This document shows positions 29,566 to 38,582 of a DNA stretch of 61,417 nt, in pieces. Every line of letters starts with the position of its first letter. The stretch's first letter is position 1. Both the position numbers and the translations under genes were made by a program. A model generated the notes under the pieces. That model was not told the DNA's origin and ran no database searches. It saw only the letters and a program-made list of their open reading frames with translations. The stretch is from Candidatus Bathyarchaeia archaeon (GTDB lineage: Archaea; Thermoproteota; Bathyarchaeia; Bathyarchaeales; Bathycorpusculaceae): the NCBI GenBank assembly GCA_049515895.1, contig JBEKTQ010000024.1:1-61417 (forward strand), read 5' to 3'.

Positions 29566-30249
29566 CGCCGCTATCTGGGTCTTTATCTTTTGTCAGCCTT
29601 ATTATTTAAGGGTGAAGGATCAAAGACAATAAGCAGCGGAAGCTTCTTCTAGTCAGCTAACCTACCTCAAAATGGCGGTTAAGGGTCTACAGCTGCTTAA
29701 GGCTAACTGCCTTAGATGTTGGTTGTACGTTGTAGTCACATATTCTTTTATTTTCTTGTTCAGTTAAATTATTGCACAAGAAAACCCGCACAGAATAGCA
29801 TGTTTGGCGAATCAGCAGTTAAACAAAAATGCGGTCGATTCTCTCTCCTCGCTCTTTCCCAAAAATTTTTTGGTAGCTGCATCGGTTATCAGGGCGGTTC
29901 GTCAAACCCTACTTTTCGTTTGAAATAAGAAACAATATCTTCTTTTTGCTCGTCTGTAAATCGGTCTTAGTTTTCTCTTGGTTATGCCTTGGCGTCTTTG
30001 CCAAAATAATCTTGTCATAGGCTAACTGCTTGTGGTTGCAAGAAGAGAAATAGCTTATGGTTTGTCAGCACTTCGCTTTTCATTGTTTTGAGAAAGACTT
30101 GTAGAGCTAAAAACCATAAATATTATTAGACAGGTTACACCTAAAATGTATCAAATTAATAGAAAATTAGAATCTCATCATTGCGAGAAACACGCTCGCT
30201 TTATGTGATTAACAAATAATCAATAATAAATCATTAGGAGTGCATATTT

Positions 30250-31416
30250 ACGGGAACATCCCAGACATTTACGATTAAGTACGTTGTACTTGCTAGATTT
30301 GAAATAGAAGGCGTTGTAGAAAAACCCGATGTGATTGGAGCAGTTTTCGGGCAAACAGAAGGACTTTTTGGTCCAGAACTTGATCTGCGAGAACTACAGA
30401 AGACGGGCCGCATTGGACGAATCGAAATCGATTTACATTCAAAAAACGACCGCACAACCGGCTCAATAACCATTCCGACAAGCCTTGATAGAGTTTCAAC
30501 CGCACTTATCGCGGCAAGCATCGAAAGCATTAACCGTGTCGGTCCATGCTCAGCTAAAGTTAGCCTTGAAAAAATCGACGACATACGGGAAGCGCGTCGA
30601 AAAATCATAATAGACCGCGCCAAAGAAATCCTCCACAAGTGGAACATCGAATCAATGCCAAGCGTCGAGGACATTTACAAAGAAATCTCAGAAACAATGA
30701 AAGTAGGCAAAGTAGAAAAGTATGGTCCAGAAGACCTGCCTGCTGGCCCAGGACTGGAAGCCGCCAAAGAGATCATAATTGTAGAAGGGCGGGCAGACAT
30801 CATCAATTTGATGCGTTGTGGAATTTTCAACACCGTTGCGCTTGAAGGCGCTAAGGTTCCAGAATCAATAAAGAAACTCACGAAGGAAAAAAGTGCCACT
30901 GCTTTGCTTGACGGCGACCGAGGCGGTGACCTAATTCTGAAAGAACTTTTGCAGGTTACAAGCATAAAGTTTGTCGGCCGCGCTCCAAGAGGCAAAGAAA
31001 TTGAAGAGTGCAACTGCAAAGAAGTAACTGAAGCCCTTGAGAATAGAGTTCCAATTTCAGAAGTTACAGGAAAGCCGCAACCAACCCCTAAAAAGATGCC
31101 GGAACCAGTAAAGATTGAGGTCCCGGAACCAGTCTCACAAGCCGCCAAATCCTTGCAGGGAACGCTTGAAGCCGTTTTGCTAAACGAAAAGTTCGAGCAG
31201 GTAGAGCGGTTGCCGGTAAGCCAGCTAGCTGAAAAGCTCCAACAGGTGACGGGCGTTGATACGGTGGTTTTCGACGGCATCATCACTCAGAGAATTGTTG
31301 ACATAGCAGGCGAGAAAAACATCAGACGCATTATTGCCTCAAGAATTTCCGAAGCAGTTAAGCCCGCTTTAAATGTTGAACTGGCAACTTTCCAAGAAGC
31401 TATTTCTCAAGCGTAG
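30250..31416 (+). CDS. dnaG: Archaeal DnaG (primase-like, exosome-associated); probable non-canonical ACG start
   Basis: KYVVLARFEIEGVVEKPDVIGAVFGQTEGL, RELQKTGRIGRI, TOPRIM VEGRAD and DGDRGG; the frame is open well upstream of GTG 30331. Confidence 0.9.
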   Translation, partial: TGTSQTFTIKYVVLARFEIEGVVEKPDVIGAVFGQTEGLFGPELDLRELQKTGRIGRIEIDLHSKNDRTTGSITIPTSLDRVSTALIAASIESINRVGPCSAKVSLEKIDDIREARRKIIIDRAKEILHKWNIESMPSVEDIYKEISETMKVGKVEKYGPEDLPAGPGLEAAKEIIIVEGRADIINLMRCGIFNTVALEGAKVPESIKKLTKEKSATALLDGDRGGDLILKELLQVTSIKFVGRAPRGKEIEECNCKEVTEALENRVPISEVTGKPQPTPKKMPEPVKIEVPEPVSQAAKSLQGTLEAVLLNEKFEQVERLPVSQLAEKLQQVTGVDTVVFDGIITQRIVDIAGEKNIRRIIASRISEAVKPALNVELATFQEAISQA

Positions 31417-31466
31417 TTTTAACTCGCAGCAGCTCTTCTTTTTGAGTATTCCATTGCCTCTAGCGG

Positions 31467-33014
31467 TCAGCTTCTAAATTCCCTCTGTTCTGATCGGCTT
31501 TGATTGTTTAGGCTTGAAAAAGCCTTGACTATTGAGACTAATAAGACCGCTAACCCGCCTAAGATGAAAGCTAGTATGAGTAAGTATTGCCATGAAGTTT
31601 CGTCTGGCTGGAGCTGCGCGGGTTCGTTGGCTGAGATGGGTTTTGCTGGGTCAGTTGGCGTGGGGGTGTGTACTACACTCGGCTGTGACTTTGGCATTGA
31701 TAAGCTACTGGTTGAAGGGGTCGGACCCAAAGATTCTGTTGGGGTTGCAGTTGGAACGCTTGCGGGCACGGATGCAAGAGTCGGGGCTGGGTTGCCGACG
31801 GTGATGTTCTTGATTGTGTCGATGTTGACTGTGAAGTTGTATTCGTGATATGTTGTGAAGTTACTTGCAGACGCTGAGTTATGGTCGGTTCTTGGGTGAG
31901 CGGTTATTGTGTAGGTTCCCGCTGGCACGCTTAAGAAGTAGTAGCCGTTGCTTTGGGAAAACCAACCTGAGCAATAGTCATTCAGCGAAACTACGGCTCC
32001 CGTTATCGGGTTCCCTGAATAATCGGAAATATAGCCTGAGACTTTGAAGCCTGTGTATAAAGTAATGTTTTTCGTTACGTCCGAAGACACAACGAAGCCT
32101 AGTTGGTCATAGTCTACGTAGTTTGAGTCAAAGGGCGGCCAAACGTTGAAGTGGTAGATGCCAGCCGGCGCGTACATCGCGTAGTAACCTGAGTTATCGG
32201 TCCAGACGCTTGGAACGATCGATGGAACATTGAAAATAACCATTGCATCCGGTATACCTTTGCCGTTAGAGTCTGTGGCGTAACCTGAGATTTTAAAGCT
32301 GGCTGTATCTGGGGACGGGGACAACGTGGGTGTGGGCGTCGGCAATAAGTTACCCACGGTGATGTTTTTGACGGTGTCGCTAATAACTGTAAAATTGTAC
32401 TCATAGTAAGTTGGGAAATTGGTTGTTGTGCTTTGATAGGTTCCTACTCTTGGATGAGCGTCTATTCTGTAGGTCCCAGGCGGGACGGCTACAAAGTAAT
32501 AGCCTGCCGAATTAGAGAAGTAACCTGAGCCGTACCAGCAGGAGCCATAATACAGGAAGAAACATGCCCCGACAACAGGTGCTCCAGAGAGATCAGAAAT
32601 GTAGCCTGATACCTTAAAGCCTGTATTTAATGTGACGTTCTTGCTCACGTCGGCCGCCACTTCAAATGTCGGCTGATCAAAATCTGTGTACTTGGAGTCG
32701 AAAGGAGGCCATACATTCATGTGATATGTACCTGAAGGACCATAAGTCTCGTAGTAGCCTGAGCTATCTGTAAAAACGCCGGGGGCAACGGTGGGCTGAT
32801 TGAAAATGACGTCTGCACCAGCGATTCCGCGGCCATTTGAATCTAAGACGTAACCTGATATTTTGCATTTCGCGGACTGTGCACGTGCGCTTTCCAGAGC
32901 GAGGTTTAACGTTAAAGTGAACAACAAGGAAAGAACAATGAACTCGGCAAAGGGTTCGCTTAATCTCCATTTTCTCTTTCGTAAAAAGCTAATATTTTTT
33001 GGTTTCATAAGCAT
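31467..33014 (-). CDS. Surface protein with four carboxypeptidase-regulatory-like domains and TM anchor
   Basis: Duplicated KISGY..DSNG..GTYH.NVWPPFDS and KVSGYISD..GTY.I.AHPR units. Confidence 0.85.
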   Translation of the reverse strand: MLMKPKNISFLRKRKWRLSEPFAEFIVLSLLFTLTLNLALESARAQSAKCKISGYVLDSNGRGIAGADVIFNQPTVAPGVFTDSSGYYETYGPSGTYHMNVWPPFDSKYTDFDQPTFEVAADVSKNVTLNTGFKVSGYISDLSGAPVVGACFFLYYGSCWYGSGYFSNSAGYYFVAVPPGTYRIDAHPRVGTYQSTTTNFPTYYEYNFTVISDTVKNITVGNLLPTPTPTLSPSPDTASFKISGYATDSNGKGIPDAMVIFNVPSIVPSVWTDNSGYYAMYAPAGIYHFNVWPPFDSNYVDYDQLGFVVSSDVTKNITLYTGFKVSGYISDYSGNPITGAVVSLNDYCSGWFSQSNGYYFLSVPAGTYTITAHPRTDHNSASASNFTTYHEYNFTVNIDTIKNITVGNPAPTLASVPASVPTATPTESLGPTPSTSSLSMPKSQPSVVHTPTPTDPAKPISANEPAQLQPDETSWQYLLILAFILGGLAVLLVSIVKAFSSLNNQSRSEQREFRS

Positions 33015-33176
33015 AGCAGCTTGGCGTTAGCCACAATTTCTATAAATTTCCTTCAGATAAAACGGTTTTCGTCAATTTTTATTTACTAAATCCAGTCAAG
33101 CTTTCTTGACTAAATCAAAATACGTAGAAAAAAGCGTCAATTGAGAAGGCAAACGGGAAAATTGAACCCAGAGAAA

Positions 33177-35564
33177 CTAAAGGTAATCTGTCAGGCTTCG
33201 GCTTTGTTGGCGCTCACTCGATTCATTGCGCATCAGTTCTTCTTCTGTTACTTTGAAGAAGCTCAATATTCGCGCCGCAGCAGGAACCACTTGGTTATTT
33301 ATGTAGTAATCGACGTCAACCTCATCGTATTTGGCGAAGACATACGGCTTCACGCGATTGTAAAATCGTCCCGTCCCAGCCAGAATAACGAAGCCTACTT
33401 TGTCGCCGCCGGTTAGCCGCCAGCCTTTTTCCTTAAGCATTTTTGCAGCTTCCACATGCGGACTCCTAATCGCGTATTGTTCAGGAGGCTTTGTGAGAGT
33501 TTTCCAAATTATCAGGTCGTGGAAAGGAATCTGCCTGTTCCTGAGCTCCGCCACCACTTTATGCACGTAGTCAACCGCCTTCTCGGGTGATTTTTCCCGC
33601 AGGATTATACCAAGCACGTTCTCTTGCACGTTCTTAGCCACCTGAGCCCAGTCTCCCCGAATAACCTCTAGGCCAACGATGTCTAAGCTGCCGTCCGCCC
33701 TCAAACCTGCATATCGTTTCTTAGCTTCTGTAAAGAAAATACGCATGTAAACCTCGCTGACCTCTGCCTCGAGACCAAGTTCCTCGCCGATTTCTTTTTG
33801 CAGCTCGAGAATCTTCTTTTCGTTATTTGTCAAGAATAGGCTGTCGGTGTCGCCGTAGATAATTGTTAAGCCTTTACTTTCAACCAAGCGGACAGCGCTT
33901 AAAATCGAGAACCTGCCCCACGCTGAAGCGGCTTCGGCAACAGGTTTAATGTACCACCTTGCGCCAATCCACCCCGCGTACCCATAGGCTGCGTTTGTTA
34001 TGACTTTTACGGCTTTTTGCCTAGCGTCCAAAACGCTGTACTCAACGGTGCCCGGATGAAGGGCCTTCATCTTTACGCGTATTTGGCTTCGGACCTTTAT
34101 CAGAAAAGTTAATGCTTCTTTGTAGAATCCAGGAGGTTCTTTTCTGAATCTATGATTTACCTCTGGCGCTACATACACTCCGCCTTTCGGTTCTGGCGCT
34201 TCAGGCTGAAGGTATGTGTCGGGAGATAGGTTGTACCTTATCATTATATTCGGGTACATCGATTTGAAATCCAGCACCGCTATATCATCATGCAAACCTG
34301 GCTTCGGCTGAAGCACTAACCCACCTGCGTAAGGATGATAAGGCTGCTCAATTCTTCTGGGTACGAGTTCTCCGATTTTCCGTGTCTGTTTGATCAGGAA
34401 CCATTCGACTCTGAAACCCACCGCGGCAGTCATAACATGGTCAAGCGGTAGGCTCACCAAGCTTGAGAGTTGCATTGCGAAATCCAGCAGCAACACAGCG
34501 GAGGCTTGAATTTTGCGAGCGTTGTTTAGGCTAAACTGTTTAAGTTGTTCCCTCTTCTGCGGATCGTCCCAGTAATCAGCAAATTCGACGTCTTCAATTT
34601 CGCTGCTTGAAATATTTTTCTGCGCGCCAAGGTGATCAGCCAGGTTAGTTAGGGTTTGAACCTTCACTTCAGGAAAAACATCCATAAAGTCGGCGAGGTC
34701 AACGTTGGCAACGCCAATGAATGAAACGTGACCGTAAACGCTAGTGTGCGGCTCCTTCTTTGCTCGGTCAACGTCGAATGTTCTCTGCAGCCTATGACAG
34801 CGCTTTGTCAAGTAATCCCAGTATTTCGAGTTACCGCCGAAGCTCAGGATGATGTCAGGGTCAAAGCGGCGAACGTACTCAACGAACTGATGAATAAGGG
34901 CTTTATCGTCTTTATTCTTCTCTACACAGAAATGCTTTTCTTCGCCGTTGCTTGATACTGTAGATATTATTACGACGGGGTTCCTGTCTGGCTTAGGTGA
35001 CCCTTCACGACTGTAGCTGACCATGGAGAAACTCAAGGTTCGAAGCGTCGGTTTGTCAACAGATTCAAGTTGTTTTGGTGCAGAGCAGGCGCCGTAGACT
35101 TTGTCGACCCTTAAGTTAGATTGGTTTCTTTCTTCTTCGGCTTCCACTTCGTGCCACGCGCAAGGAACCATGTCGTTGTCGATTAGGTACTGCATTGGGA
35201 TGCGAATATCATCTTCGAGGCATTCTTTTACTGCTTCGAGCTCTCGAAGCTGTCGTGCAAGTTTTCCAGTTTCTGTTGCGATCTTACAGTAGACTTTTAT
35301 GGCCCGCACAATTTTGCCGAAGAAGCGACGTTCCAAAACTTCCGTTTTCAATATCGATGCTTGGTAAAGTTCCGAGATTTCCTTTGCAATCAGTGATGGG
35401 TCAAATTCTTCATTGACTATAACAAAAAAGTAAGCAGCAAAGTTTCTGTCAACAACGAGCACCCGGTTCTCATGAGTGTCAATTCCCCAAAGCCACAATT
35501 CAACTGGTTTTCCCTCTTCGATTCGTGGGTTGATGTCGAGTAGCCAAAACTTGACTTTCACCAT
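33177..35564 (-). CDS. polB: Family B DNA polymerase (PolB3-like) with degenerate exonuclease motifs
   Basis: LDFKSMYPNIM, KVITNAAYGY, YGDTDS, KKRYA, GLEVIRGDW. Confidence 0.95.
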   Translation of the reverse strand: MVKVKFWLLDINPRIEEGKPVELWLWGIDTHENRVLVVDRNFAAYFFVIVNEEFDPSLIAKEISELYQASILKTEVLERRFFGKIVRAIKVYCKIATETGKLARQLRELEAVKECLEDDIRIPMQYLIDNDMVPCAWHEVEAEEERNQSNLRVDKVYGACSAPKQLESVDKPTLRTLSFSMVSYSREGSPKPDRNPVVIISTVSSNGEEKHFCVEKNKDDKALIHQFVEYVRRFDPDIILSFGGNSKYWDYLTKRCHRLQRTFDVDRAKKEPHTSVYGHVSFIGVANVDLADFMDVFPEVKVQTLTNLADHLGAQKNISSSEIEDVEFADYWDDPQKREQLKQFSLNNARKIQASAVLLLDFAMQLSSLVSLPLDHVMTAAVGFRVEWFLIKQTRKIGELVPRRIEQPYHPYAGGLVLQPKPGLHDDIAVLDFKSMYPNIMIRYNLSPDTYLQPEAPEPKGGVYVAPEVNHRFRKEPPGFYKEALTFLIKVRSQIRVKMKALHPGTVEYSVLDARQKAVKVITNAAYGYAGWIGARWYIKPVAEAASAWGRFSILSAVRLVESKGLTIIYGDTDSLFLTNNEKKILELQKEIGEELGLEAEVSEVYMRIFFTEAKKRYAGLRADGSLDIVGLEVIRGDWAQVAKNVQENVLGIILREKSPEKAVDYVHKVVAELRNRQIPFHDLIIWKTLTKPPEQYAIRSPHVEAAKMLKEKGWRLTGGDKVGFVILAGTGRFYNRVKPYVFAKYDEVDVDYYINNQVVPAAARILSFFKVTEEELMRNESSERQQSRSLTDYL

Positions 35565-35698
35565 GGCTCGCCATTACAACGTAGATGTTTTAATCCTTTA
35601 AACTTTCAACATGCTCGCATGTTCACCAGAAGAGAAAACCGATTTTCATGAAATAGTTAGTTTTAAGTTAATCCCTGAGAATTTATTTTTGATGTTTC

Positions 35699-36625
35699 AT
35701 GGGTTCGACTGAGGCTTTGATTGAAGCAAAGGGTTTGACCAAGCTGTACGGTGAAGTCATCGCGGTAGATCATATCGACTTTAAAGTCTACAAAGGAGAA
35801 TGCGTAGGCTTTTTGGGACCCAATGGCGCAGGGAAAACAACATGTGTTCGGATGATGTACTGTTTTCTGCCGCCCTCCTCAGGCGAATTGCAAATTGCCG
35901 GTCTAAGCGTTAACACTCAATGTAGACAAATAAAGAGTCTAGTCGGCGTGGCTCCTCAAGAAGACAATTTAGACCCTGACTTCACAGTCATGAAGAACCT
36001 CACCGTTTACTGCCGCTACTTTGATATCTCGAAAGCCGAGGCGGCGAAACGGGCGAATGAGCAGCTGAAGTTCTTCCAGCTTGAAGAAAAAAGAGATGTT
36101 ACAATTGATGCCTTGTCAGGAGGCATGAAGCGTCGTCTCATCTTTGCAAGAGCGCTGATAAATCAGCCTCAAATCCTGCTTTTAGATGAGCCGACAACAG
36201 GCTTGGATCCGCAGGCGCGTCATTTGGCCTGGGATGAAGTGCGCAATTTAAAGAAGAAGCAAGTTACCATAATTTTAACGACTCATTACATGGATGAAGC
36301 CGCTGTCCTATGCGACCGAATACTCATCATTGACAAGGGAAAAATCATTGAAGAAGGCAACCCCTCAGAGCTTGTCAAGAAGCATGTCGGCGAGGAAGTT
36401 TTGGAGGTCGATTATGATGAGAGGCTGCTTCCAGCGCTGAAAGAGGCTTTTCCCGACGGAGACTTTGAAAGGCTGGGTGACCGACTGCAAATCTTCACTG
36501 ACAAGCCACATGGCGTCTTCGAAGGCTTTCTCAAGGATCATCCGATGCCGAACGTGACTATTCGGACAACTAATCTTGAGGATGTGTTTCTTAAGCTAAC
36601 AGGTAGGGGGCTTAGAGAAGAGTGA
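35699..36625 (+). CDS. ABC exporter ATP-binding protein (NodI/DrrA-like)
   Basis: GPNGAGKTT, LSGGMKRR, DEPTTGLDPQAR, THYMDEA. Confidence 0.93.
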   Translation: MGSTEALIEAKGLTKLYGEVIAVDHIDFKVYKGECVGFLGPNGAGKTTCVRMMYCFLPPSSGELQIAGLSVNTQCRQIKSLVGVAPQEDNLDPDFTVMKNLTVYCRYFDISKAEAAKRANEQLKFFQLEEKRDVTIDALSGGMKRRLIFARALINQPQILLLDEPTTGLDPQARHLAWDEVRNLKKKQVTIILTTHYMDEAAVLCDRILIIDKGKIIEEGNPSELVKKHVGEEVLEVDYDERLLPALKEAFPDGDFERLGDRLQIFTDKPHGVFEGFLKDHPMPNVTIRTTNLEDVFLKLTGRGLREE

Positions 36626-37470
36626 CGGGCCCGAATCTTCGGAAGTCTCCTGCACGATTCGCTATTCCAAAGTTGTCTTATCGCGTCTGGAAGGTTTGGC
36701 GCCGCAACTTCGACGTGTTCACCAAAACAATCACAGTAAACTTTTTTCCTTCACTGCTTGAACCCATTCTGTACTTGCTGGCCTTCGGCTTAGGCTTAGG
36801 CGGCTACATCACGAGTGTTCTGGGGCAGCCGTACCTCGTGTTCATTTCGCCTGCGCTTGTTGCGATCGCCATCATGAACGGCTCCTTCTTCGAATGCACG
36901 TTCGCCTCGTTTGTGCGCATGTATTTCCAGAAGACCTTTGATGCCATCGTAGCCACTCCAGTAAGCGTTGAAGAAGTTGTCGCGGGCGAACTCCTTTGGG
37001 GAGCAACACGAGCCACGATCAATGCGACGATCGTGCTGGCGGTGATTGGAGTAGTCAGCTTAACTATCAGGCCACTAATTTTTACGCCTCTGTTTCTATT
37101 AGCGATACCCCTGGCTTTCTTTGGCGGACTCATGTTCGGCTCCATCGCGATGTGCTTCACAGCCGCGGCGCCAAACATTGACTTCTTCAATTTCCCCTCG
37201 TTTCTATTCCTGACGCCGATGTTCTTTTTATGCGGCACATTCTTTCCGTTGTCAAAGTTGCCCCAAGGTGCCCAAGGAGTTGCGCTGGCGATTTTGCCCT
37301 TGACTCAAGTCGTTAATATCGCCCGAGGCATCATTTCAGGCCATGTTGAACCAATCCTTGGATTAAGCTCTCCCATCCTGCTGCTCATAAGCTTAGTCTG
37401 GATAATAGGCGTCACTCTGTTCTTCTTCGTCCTGAGCATAAACCTGATGAAGAAAAGATTAACAAGCTAA
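36622..37470 (+). CDS. ABC-2 type permease (NodJ-like)
   Basis: LLEPILYLLAFGLGLG, GTFFPL; 4-bp overlap with the ATPase gene. Confidence 0.9.
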   Translation: MTGPNLRKSPARFAIPKLSYRVWKVWRRNFDVFTKTITVNFFPSLLEPILYLLAFGLGLGGYITSVLGQPYLVFISPALVAIAIMNGSFFECTFASFVRMYFQKTFDAIVATPVSVEEVVAGELLWGATRATINATIVLAVIGVVSLTIRPLIFTPLFLLAIPLAFFGGLMFGSIAMCFTAAAPNIDFFNFPSFLFLTPMFFLCGTFFPLSKLPQGAQGVALAILPLTQVVNIARGIISGHVEPILGLSSPILLLISLVWIIGVTLFFFVLSINLMKKRLTS

Positions 37471-37518
37471 GCGATGCAAAACGTGCGTTTTAAGAAAAAG
37501 GAGAAGCTTAGCTGAAAT

Positions 37519-38031
37519 TCAAACTTTAGTTTTAGCTCGAATCTTCGGCACGACTTCCTTTTGCGTTTGCAAGATGCCAAAGGCGGTTATCCTAAACTTG
37601 TCGTCGGCAGTTTTCCCCACCCAACCATTTTTCACCAACTCGCCTAAGCGGGTGCTGACTATTTTGCCGCTTTTGCCAAGCTTAGTTTGCAGCTCCTCTT
37701 TCGAGAGGGCGTCGCCGCCAAGCAGGCTAAGCTCATGCCCCAGATGCTGTGCCGTAAGCCAAATCGACAACGCTTCATTATCCGTCAGCTTATTTTTTGG
37801 CGCCATCAAACTTGCTCCATCGCCTGAAAAGGCAACTAGACCATCTAGGTCTTTGGCAAGCTGATTGAGGTCGATGCCTAACCAAAGCTTCTGGGCAATC
37901 TCAAATGATGGAATAAACTCTTGAAAAAACTGTTTCAAAAGAAGCCAGGCCTCCTGCGGCTCAGCTGAAAAACCCTGTGAAATATCTTTGTATTTGATTT
38001 GAATTTGGATTTTTTGTGGTTTTTCGCTCAA
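37519..38031 (-). CDS. Hypothetical protein with C-terminal winged-helix-like domain
   Basis: IVSTRLGELVKNGWV..FRITAFG; resembles the adjacent gene. Confidence 0.8.
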   Translation of the reverse strand: MSEKPQKIQIQIKYKDISQGFSAEPQEAWLLLKQFFQEFIPSFEIAQKLWLGIDLNQLAKDLDGLVAFSGDGASLMAPKNKLTDNEALSIWLTAQHLGHELSLLGGDALSKEELQTKLGKSGKIVSTRLGELVKNGWVGKTADDKFRITAFGILQTQKEVVPKIRAKTKV

Positions 38032-38516
38032 GCCATTTTGCCTCGGAGCTTCGTGAGAACCTCATCTTCAACCCATTTTTCGCCTTGAATCGTTAACTTG
38101 AAATCGGGTTTGTTGGGGTCAGGCTTGAAAACTTGCCCGCGCTTTGTCATCTCGTTAAGACGGGCGGGAACCATGCTTTTTATTCCGCTAGACTCCAAAA
38201 GCTTTGTTATTTGAGCGGCGGTGCTCTTTCGGTCTACAGAAGCGTAAAGAACCAAGCCTACAGCCTCATAATGGGTCAATTTTTCCCTTGTTACAATCAC
38301 TGGACCCTCGGTTGTGGATTCAATAATACCTTTAAGCTGAGCCCCAGACGGCGTTAACCTGTCTGAAACAAAATCTGAAAGCTTCTCCACAAAGTTTTCT
38401 GGGATAAGCCCCAGCACATCAAGAATTTCTTGAGGGGTCTCTCCCTCGATAACGACTTCCCCGAAAGGAGTTTTTATCCGTGCCTCAATCCGCTTCAATA
38501 ACGTAGCCTCATTCAT
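38028..38516 (-). CDS. Hypothetical protein with C-terminal winged-helix-like domain
   Basis: VPARLNEMTKRGQV..FKLTIQG. Confidence 0.8.
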   Translation of the reverse strand: MNEATLLKRIEARIKTPFGEVVIEGETPQEILDVLGLIPENFVEKLSDFVSDRLTPSGAQLKGIIESTTEGPVIVTREKLTHYEAVGLVLYASVDRKSTAAQITKLLESSGIKSMVPARLNEMTKRGQVFKPDPNKPDFKLTIQGEKWVEDEVLTKLRGKMA

Positions 38517-38582
38517 GCTATAAGCTACGCCTAGCCTTTTTAGGATTTGCGGCTCAGCGTTGTTTTGCGAGAAAAACCGGGG

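Noticed and set aside
29566-30235. Replication origin
   Set aside because: No recognisable ORB boxes and no cdc6/orc1 gene in the window.
30234-31286. Long antisense ORFs over dnaG (similar ones over gatE, elp3 and ABC genes)
   Set aside because: Shadow ORFs of well-supported genes on the opposite strand.
33094-33111. Palindrome AGTCAAG-cttt-CTTGACT upstream of the surface-protein gene
   Set aside because: Single short copy; cannot be distinguished from chance.
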